This document shows positions 12,101 through 20,000 of a stretch of DNA of 20,000 bases, piece by piece (position 1 is the first letter of the stretch; every line of letters begins with the position of its first letter). This stretch comes from Trichoplax sp. H2 (lineage: Eukaryota), in NCBI GenBank assembly GCA_003344405.1, contig NOWV01000259.1:61919-81918 (forward strand). The letters are read 5' to 3'. Both the position numbers and the translations under genes were made by a program. Below the pieces are notes generated by a model. It saw only the letters and a program-made list of their open reading frames with translations. It made no database searches and had not been told where the DNA came from.

Positions 12101-13528
12101 TTAATGCTAAAGAAATAAACTAGATCAACAATTGGCTAACAGCGAAATTTTCTAGCTCAATGGAGTTGTTGGATGGAGATAATATTTTCACTCTTGCTGA
12201 TGAATGACGAAACGACGGAAAGAATGAATATTATGTAATAATCTGCAGTTAGTTAGATGGAAAGTCGAGTCTTAATTTCAGGCCTAAAGGGTGCAAAATA
12301 TAATACGTGTATAATTCATTAAGATAAGAATGACTGGATAAAAGCATCAAGAGCTTTTTGTACTCAGGCTGATAGGTTGAAATGATACTATAGTAACATT
12401 GATTAATTTTAAGACTATTCAAAAAAATTTTTGAATCGAGATGATTCTTCAACTCGAACTCGTAAACTCATGACAAGTTGAAAATTTAGCCTCCGCTGCG
12501 CGAGAATGTGAAGACGTATTGTACACCGACTTTTAGAAAGTTGAAATGATACTATAGTAACATGATTAGAAGACGATTACTAGAAATATTGGATGGATCG
12601 AGATGATTCTTAAATTATGCTTCAATTCTCACTGATGAATTTATGGCAGGGCAAGGTAAGAATTTGGCTTTCAATCAAAAGTCAAGTCTGTACTATCAGA
12701 CTACGTGACGGCTAAATTAATCCATTCCGACTAGTCTGCACTCCATGACTAGAGAAATGTTCAATGTCGTTGATAGGATATAACACAGCCAATTGACGGT
12801 TATGTAATTTATGTGCGTAAAGTTAGGGTATCTAGCTAAAATTTGAACTCTGCTGATGACTAAGAATGAATAAAGTCATGAAAGAGCGACTGTTATGGAA
12901 TTTATTTCTGCTCTACCGTACTGTCGATGAATGGTGTCTACGGCTATCCAGTTCATTCTCAATCAAGTCTTGGCTATATTAGGCAAAATGGCCGTCCACA
13001 AAGTACGATAAGGATCTTTTTCAAGCACACTCTAATTCATTTTATATCCTACTGTCACAAGATTGAAATGATAGTATAGTCAATTGATTGCAAACCCATG
13101 TTGGCAGTCGTTATGGAGATCTTGTTGACTGACAATTTGAAACAATTTACATCCAGCATGATTATTGATTTTTATCATCATCATGATCCCATCATGACTG
13201 CTTAACCACCATGCAATCTACTTTCGATCCATCATGGAACATGAAGCACTTTATTTTGTTCTTCCTCCACGATAGAAAGATTGGCAAGTCATTATTTTAT
13301 CCTACAACTCTTGCTGGTCTACTGTAGATTGATAGGACCATCAATAAAATGAATTCATTCTTTATCCACTTGCAATACTTACTCATCATGGGAATAGGTC
13401 AATTTACTATCGTTGGATGGCAACTTGGCTAATATTTGATCGCTGACTTGGGTAAAGTTACCACTACAACTTGCATAATGAGCCAATACAGTCGAACCTC
13501 GAGCAACCAAGCTAAATAGGATGGTCAT
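9197..13528 (-). CDS. VAMP7: Vesicle-associated membrane protein 7 (longin R-SNARE, TI-VAMP), 8 coding exons, 222 aa
   Basis: Exons (minus): 13528-13383, 11118-11061, 10978-10929, 10357-10270, 10183-10090, 9731-9664, 9514-9422, 9268-9197 (669 nt, all GT-AG, phases consistent). Longin domain MTILFSLVARGSTVLAHYASCSGNF...KLTYSHDDYLFHYI...DFERSIAFQFL; R-SNARE motif DELKGIMVRNIESIATRGEKLDLLVDKTEDL; AMCMKN followed by a transmembrane helix and a CGGFSFPC luminal tail. Confidence 0.96.
12376..12640. repeat. Degenerate ~164-bp direct repeat in VAMP7 intron 1
   Basis: The 24-mer gttgaaatgatactatagtaacat is exact at 12376 and 12540, each followed by atcgagatgattctt. A weaker copy lies at about 13063. 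Confidence 0.6.
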
Positions 13529-14173
13529 TCTTTCTGTCTATTTTACCAATGGCTAATGGATAAAACAAGAAGAATAGTAAGAGAAGAAGAAGAAGAAAAT
13601 GTTGCACCAAATCAACAGAAACTGGATGGAAATGGATCGTCTACCGCGGGCCTTTTTAGCTGTCCAAAAATCAAATAGCAATCGCCGGTTTGTCCTAGTC
13701 GAGAGAGAAAGAGATAGTACTGGAACAGTAGTTGGAATCGAATACTGTAACCTATAATGGGTGGATAGCGGACAACATAAATAAAAAAAAAATGGAGAAG
13801 AATATTCCACTGGTTGATGGTTTAATGCAAGACTGCCTACAAGCTATTTGACTCCTTTCCTAAGCAATGTTTCAGTACCATTATTGGCGTGTTGACATCC
13901 AATCAAAGGGCTGCTTTACTGTTGTACCTGCCTACGGAAACCATCATGGAAAATATAGAGGTTTGTATAGAGAGCGTGAGAAGAATTCAAGTCTTCCTTT
14001 AACAGTTGTGATGATGTCATCTAGAAGCGCTGGTTCTGGGAGCATCACGTGATCACCTGTTTCCGCCATGTTGAAAACATGGTGGAAACGAAGCCGAAAA
14101 AAATGGATGCCATCGACTGCTCGTAGGGGATTTTGGAGTCTAACGCTGTATGTTTGTTTGTAGAAGTTTTCTT

Positions 14174-14481
14174 GGATCAACAGTAATATCTGACTCCTAC
14201 CATTTTTGTAGACTTTTTATAGTATTATTCAAGTGTTGATACTATGAGAGTAGAAATTTGTCGCCATTGACAATCAAAATGGAAAGTTAATGAAAATTAC
14301 TTGTCCAAAGCTTATTGAATGGTCACTTTTCTACTTCCTGTACACTGTACAGTACTGTAGTGATAGAGCAGACATCAGTAATAGTAAGAGCTGGATCGTA
14401 AAGGCACATTACCTACTGCTTTGCTACAATCTTGACTTCAAGACTATAAAAACTGTAAGAGTCGGATATTACTGTTGATCC
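14174..14481. mobile_element. Non-autonomous DNA transposon (MITE), 308 bp, GG-terminal TIRs, 8-bp TSD; Merlin-like by end structure
   Basis: Left end ggatcaacagtaatatctgactc versus reverse complement of the right end ggatcaacagtaatatccgactc (22/23, degenerate match to about 42 bp). Identical flanks gttttctt at 14166-14173 and 14482-14489. Confidence 0.85.
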
Positions 14482-14544
14482 GTTTTCTTTTACCTCCATG
14501 TCGATTTCAACTTTGACGGTGAATGATCGTCGTTCACACGGATA

Positions 14545-17055
14545 GTGATTCCTAAGTTGAGTTACAGTCGTGATGACAATGAAAAACTGCTAAGAATGGA
14601 GTTGGAGGAATTGGAAGAGAAAATGCTTCAGTAGGAAAGGCTTATGCCTTATTCAACTGCTCAATTAGGCATGGGATTCCAAAGCTGTACACTCAAGATT
14701 TGATTGACAACATTGCAGGCAATAGTAGTGATTCATAAGTTGAGTTAGCGTATTGATGACGATGCAAGACAGCTGATGTTGTTGTAGGAATTGAAAAAGA
14801 AAATGCTGAAGTAGAAATACTTGTGCCTTATAGATTGCTTAAGGGTTAAGCATGGAGTTGCAAGACCGCACTGTATGTGTAAGTCTGCTCAGATGCAAGA
14901 CAGCTAAGGTAGTCGTAGGGATTGAAAGAGAAAAAGATTTATGCCTTAGGCTGCTCAATTCAGCATGCAGTTGCAAAGGCCGCACTGTATGCATAGTGGA
15001 AGTCTGTTCAGATGCAAGACAGCTAAGCTAGTCGTAGGGATTGAAAGAGAAAATGCTAAAGTGGAAAAAGGCTTGCGCCCTAGACTGCTCAATTGAGCAT
15101 GGAGTTGCAAGACCGCACTGTACAGTATGTGTAATAAGTCTGCTCAGATGCAAGACAGCTAAGGTAGTCGTAACGATTGAAAGAGAAAATGCTAAACTGG
15201 AAAAAGGCTTGGACCCTAGACTGCTCAATTATTAAGCATGGAGTTGCAAGACCGCACTGTATGTGCAAGTCTGCTCAGATGCAAGACAGCTAAGGTAGTC
15301 GTAACGATTGAAAGAGAAAATGCTAAAGTGGAAAAAAGGCTTGTGCCTTTGACTGCTCAGATCAACATACAATTCCAAGGCCGCACCGTATAATTGCCCG
15401 TAGCATATACAGTACATGTGTATTAGCCCTAACCTTTTTGCATAAACTGCTTTGTACTCTTCGTTTAAGCTGTCCTACTGATATATTAGACATGTACTGT
15501 ATATTGATATATCTAAAAATAAAAATCAAGAAATCTCATGCGGCACAAATCAAATTTGTGTCCTTTCCTTATCCCCGTGCGAGAAATTAGTTGTGGGGGC
15601 ATTTCCAGTACTTTCTCATACTATAGGTAAACGGAGCCCCCAAATAATTTCCCGCACGGGGATGATGCAGGACACAAATTTGATTTGAGCCGCGTGAGAT
15701 AGGACGATTTCTTGATTTTTATTTTTAGATATGTCAATACATGTCTAATATATCAGTAGGACAGCATAAACGAAGTGTACAAAGTAATTGATGCAAAATG
15801 GCCAGGGCTAATGTGCATGACGATGCAAGACAGCTAATCAGTAGTCGTAGGGATTGAAAGAGAAAATGTTCAAGTCGAAAAGGCTTGTGCATCATGCTAC
15901 TCAATTCAGCATGCAATTTCAATGCCGCACTATATACAGCACATACTGTAAGTCTGCTCTAGTGCTCACAGTCCTGTACTGTAATAATGATTCATAAGTT
16001 GAGTTTTTTACAGTGTGCATGACGATGCAAGACAGCTAATGTAGTCGTAGGGATTGAAAGAGAAACTAGTGAAGTTGAAAAATGGCTTGTGCCGAAGACC
16101 GCCCAATTCAGCGTGCAACTCCAAGGCTGCATGGCAAAGTGGAACAACGCCAGTTATTCAATACGGATTGTATTTAGTGAAATCTTGAAAACTTTTTTCT
16201 AAATCCATTCGACGCATTAAATGTGTAAAGTAATGTTGTTTGAGCTTCATTAATTGAGCAGTCTAGGGCGCAAGCCTTTTTCCACTTTAGCATTTTCTCT
16301 TTCAATCCCTACGACTAGCTTAGCTGTCTTGCATCTGAACAGACTTCCACTATGCATACAGTGCGGCCTTTGCGACTGCATGCTGAATTGAGCAGCCTAA
16401 GGCATAAGGCTTTTTCTCTTTCAATCCCTACGACTACCTTAGCTGTCTTGCAGCTGAGCAGACTTACACTATGCATACAGTGCGGCCTTGCAACTCCATT
16501 CTGAATTGAGCGGTCTAAGGCACAAGGCTTTTTCCACTTTCGCATTTTCTCTTTCAATCCTTACGACTACCGACTTAAAGAGACGAGATTACTGTAACTA
16601 TACCACTAAATAGTTCAATTCCAACGACCGAATACTATAAAATAACTATAGCGGCACTGATAGTGTAGACGAGGTAGTCAGAGATTGACTAATATTGATT
16701 ACTGAAGAAATCTTGACAAATCAATAGTAACAGACTACATCACGGCTGTCTTGCATCGCCACGCATACTGCAACTCGACTCATGAATCGCTGCTAATTAA
16801 TTGAGCAGTCTAGGGCGCAAGCCTTTTTCCACTTTAGCATTTTCTCTTTCAATCCCTACGACTACCTTAGCTGTCTTGCATCTGAGCAGACTTACATTAT
16901 GCATACAGTGCGGCCTTTGCAACTGCATGCTGAATTGAGCGGCCTAAGGCATAAGGCTTTTTCTCTTTCAATCCCTACGACTACCTTAGCTGTCTTGCAT
17001 CTGAGCAGACTTACACATACAGTGCGGTCTTGCAACTCCATGCTTAACCCTTAAG
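14545..17055. repeat. ~110-125-bp repeat family array in two orientations (forward ~14545-15390 and ~15813-16135; reverse ~16252-16571 and ~16745-17055)
   Basis: The core gatgcaagacagctaaggtagtcgtagggattgaaagagaaaa recurs many times in the forward direction and as ttttctctttcaatccctacgactaccttagctgtcttgcatc in reverse. 14838-15094 and 16799-17055 are 257-bp near-identical inverted copies. Confidence 0.93.
15422..15812. mobile_element. ~390-bp foldback/palindromic MITE inserted in the ~120-bp array
   Basis: Arms of about 180 bp (15422-15600 versus 15636-15812) are reverse complements, e.g. attagccct/agggctaat, gctgtcctactgatatattagacatgta/tacatgtctaatatatcagtaggacagc, aaatcaaatttgtgtcct/aggacacaaatttgattt and gggggc/gccccc. 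The loop is about 35 bp. Confidence 0.85.
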
Positions 17056-17398
17056 AAAGCCATTCAGGTTTTGCGTTGGTAATTATAATTCAAGACTCCA
17101 CTTGATTCATGATATTACACTACACGAGACGCTGGCAAGCAAGAACCGCTCTTTGCATACCACTACCTACAGCTAGAGTACGGTTATATCTGCAAAATAG
17201 AGTTGAACTCTTTTTGTATGTGGACATGCATAATCACACACAAATAGGATTAACATACGAGCAATGCAAGAATGTTTCTATTTGTGAAAATGATTGGAGA
17301 ATGTCATGCTCATAGCGCAATATTCTCATCAGTTGGTGTACGCTACGTTCTGTTACATATCAGATCAGCATCCGTATGTAAGAGCAGTGACTACTGTA

Positions 17399-17484
17399 TT
17401 TCCACCGTCTACTCCTCTCCCTCTTCTTTTCTTACACGAATCCCCGGAGATTAGTGTAAGAGAGACAGGAGTAGACGGTGGAAA
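17399..17484. repeat. 86-bp hairpin with an 18-bp perfect outer stem
   Basis: tttccaccgtctactcct (17399-17416) pairs with aggagtagacggtggaaa (17467-17484). An inner stem is formed by tcttacac/gtgtaaga and aatc/gatt. Confidence 0.8.
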
Positions 17485-18583
17485 AGGTGTAATATTTTTA
17501 CTTGAGTTCTCCCTGGTAAGAGTTAGAAGAATCAGTAACGGTAGATATTTACGTCAAAGCATCGCTGTTTGCTATTCTCGCCCTAGTTATCTGAGAGTTG
17601 CAAACCATTTGTACGCTAGAAATCGAACAAAGTGTATCAGAATAACACGCCATCAGGAATGAGTTAAAGCTATGCAAGACAGAAATGATACTCACTTCAA
17701 TCAAGACTTACTCTTTGGTGTATTCAGTCCACTTTACTATGCCAAACTAACGCTGATGCCATGAAATTAGTCTGCGTAGCATGGCGTCCCGTCTTGATGA
17801 GGGCAACGCCTGCAACGATGACCTTGCTAAAATTGGAAATACACCTCGGGATGCCGATAGGATTGTCTCTCGAGAATTCAGCTATGGATGATACAGTACT
17901 ATTCAAGATACTGAAGATAGAACAAATGTTTGATTCCTTTCCAAAATACAATATGATTAATTATAATTATTCTACTGTACAGTATATACTGTACATGTAT
18001 TATCTAAATCAATCAGAGCGAGAACTTGGCAAGAATGGCGACTAGGTTATCATCTAATTTCAATACAGCATCATTAATTATTTTACAATTATGATAGAAA
18101 ATTTTCGCTGCAGTTCTAACTGGCTATCGTCCATGACAGAGGTAAGAGAATAGGAGTACGAGTAAATATTACAACTCTACGTTGAGCACTTTCCGCTGTT
18201 AAAAATACCCTAACAATATACAGACAATATCCATACTTGGACAGTATAATAATATTGTATCATTATTGAAGTCGAAAATTCTGATAATTAAAATGGACAA
18301 AAGCGTACAGTCCCCACTCAGTTAGGCAAAGAGTTAATTCTCATGAAACAATACGAAATGGAATAGAACTAATTGTATTGTAGCAGCATTTATTCTCTAG
18401 CCATATTATATTGACTTATTTAGTGTTGAAAGATAAACTGAAATCATCAGTCTTACGGTAAATGTCAACCAAAACTTTATAATTACATTGCTGCCCCTCT
18501 AGTTCATGATATGGATCGGCATTCTATCAAGCTATGCCTCAATAGTCACACTAATAATACTTCCAAAGAAACGCGTTTGCTGA

Positions 18584-19757
18584 AATAACTATTTCAAAGT
18601 CTGAAGAATTGAAAGTCTTTCTCAATCATAATCTATATTAATGGAATTATCGCATACTCATACAATATCTCATAGAAATGGCGTTTTGTGAAATGCATCT
18701 CCAACACATTGAATTTCCGATTCATCCAATTAGGCTTATCCAAATTGGGCGTAAGAATTTTTTTAAATGGCACCACTTACTGTGGACCTGTAGAATGAAG
18801 CCGTTAACAAACAAGTGGCACAGCACTGCCCCATGTCTGCGTGACTATATCGTCTAAATTGACAAGAAATAATGATGATTAAGGCCTAGTCGAAGCTTTT
18901 GTTCAATCGGACATCTTTATACAATCAATGGGATGAAAGAACAAGGATTTTCTATCTTAGCTTAGGTTCATTAATCTATTCAATAACTATTTCAAAGTCC
19001 GAAGAATTGAAAGTCTTTCTCAATCCTTCGTAGTCTAAATATAAATGGAGTTATCGTCTACTCATACAGTATGTCACAGAATGGCATTTCGTGAAATACA
19101 TCTCCAACACATTAAATTTCCGATTCATCAAATTAGCCTTGACCAAATTGGCCGTAAGAATTTTTTAAATGGCACCGCTGTATTAAGCCGTTAACAAGTG
19201 GCACAGTACTGCTCCATCTCGACGTGATTATTTCGTCCAAATTGACCATAAATAAGGACGATTAGGACCTAGTGGAAGCTTTTGTTCAATCGGATATTTT
19301 TCTACAATCAATGAGATGAAAAGAACAATGATTTTCCATCTTAGCTTAGGTTCATTAATCTATTCAAGAACTATTTCAAAGTTCGAAGAATTGAAAGTCT
19401 TTCTCAATCATAGTCTATATTAATTAATGGAGTTATTGCATACTCATACAGTATCTCATAGAATGGCGTTTTGTGGAATGCGTCTCCAACACATTCAATT
19501 TTCCATTCATCCAATTAGCCTTGACCAAATTGGCTGTAAGAATTTTTTAAATGGCACCCCGCTTACTGTAGAATGAAGCTGTTAACAAACAAGTGGTACA
19601 GTGCTGCTCTATCTCTACGGGACTATATCGTCCAAATTGACAAGAAGCAATAACGACTAGGACCTAGTCGAAGCTTTTGTTTAATCGGATATCTTTATAC
19701 AATCAATGGAATGAAAAAAACCAGGGTTTTCCATCTTGGCTTAGATTCATTAATCTA
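18584..19757. repeat. Tandem array of three ~385-400-bp units
   Basis: aactatttcaaagt..gaagaattgaaagtctttctcaatc starts at about 18584, 18982 and 19366. The units align over their whole length with scattered substitutions and indels. Confidence 0.92.
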
Positions 19758-20000
19758 GTCGATAATGGAATTCACGCCGGGCGTTGTTGATGAAAACGAG
19801 ATCGCAGCTAGAGGAATAAATAGAAGGGTATTCAATATAAGCCATCAAAGGTCATCTCGACTACGGCGTGAAAATTGGTTTATTAAAATTAATGTCCCTC
19901 TACTTTTTTTCTCACTATTTTAACATACGAGATCAAGCTATCTAAGTTAGGGCGTTTTTAAAATAGTTCCACGTTGAAGGAAGCAGTCCAGTTGCCTCTA

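Noticed and set aside
12197..12230. CTGATGA...GAAAC hammerhead ribozyme-like core
   Set aside because: No stem II pairing, and no stem I/III complement or cleavage triplet could be built.
13944..14180. Minus-strand ORF MAETGDHVMLPEP... with good Kozak context
   Set aside because: No recognisable homology and it stops after about 41 codons from that ATG. It could be a uORF or promoter sequence but is unsupported as a gene.
15028..16557. ORFs of 61-80 aa with mutual similarity (MKEKMLKWKKACALD..., etc.)
   Set aside because: They are translations of the 120-bp non-coding repeat. Frames are not preserved between copies.
14545..17055. CRISPR-like regular repeats
   Set aside because: The context is eukaryotic. 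Units are similar along their whole length with no unique spacers, and there are no cas genes.
17109..18045. Overlapping 60-122-aa ORFs and donor-like motifs near 17690-17711
   Set aside because: No recognisable domain and no consistent exon chain. One ORF runs through the hairpin.

Overview
AT-rich eukaryotic (animal) genomic DNA with short spliceosomal introns. The compact, intron-conserved architecture suggests an early-branching metazoan such as a placozoan, but that is inference only. Three spliced genes were reconstructed by hand, and the ORF track catches only fragments of them: (1) the 5' part of mitochondrial ribosomal protein bL27m/MRPL27 on the minus strand, running off the window start; (2) a complete integrin-linked kinase (ILK; 13 coding exons, 453 aa, one GC-AG intron) on the plus strand; (3) a complete VAMP7/TI-VAMP (8 coding exons, 222 aa) on the minus strand, convergent with ILK. 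The non-coding DNA holds several long-unit tandem arrays, a ~120-bp repeat family in both orientations forming a large inverted repeat, a ~390-bp foldback MITE, and a 308-bp MITE with GG termini and an 8-bp target-site duplication. The most striking signal is a window-wide excess of TACAGTA/TACTGTA. It appears as small insertions between paralogous repeat copies, matching the Tc1/mariner excision footprint.
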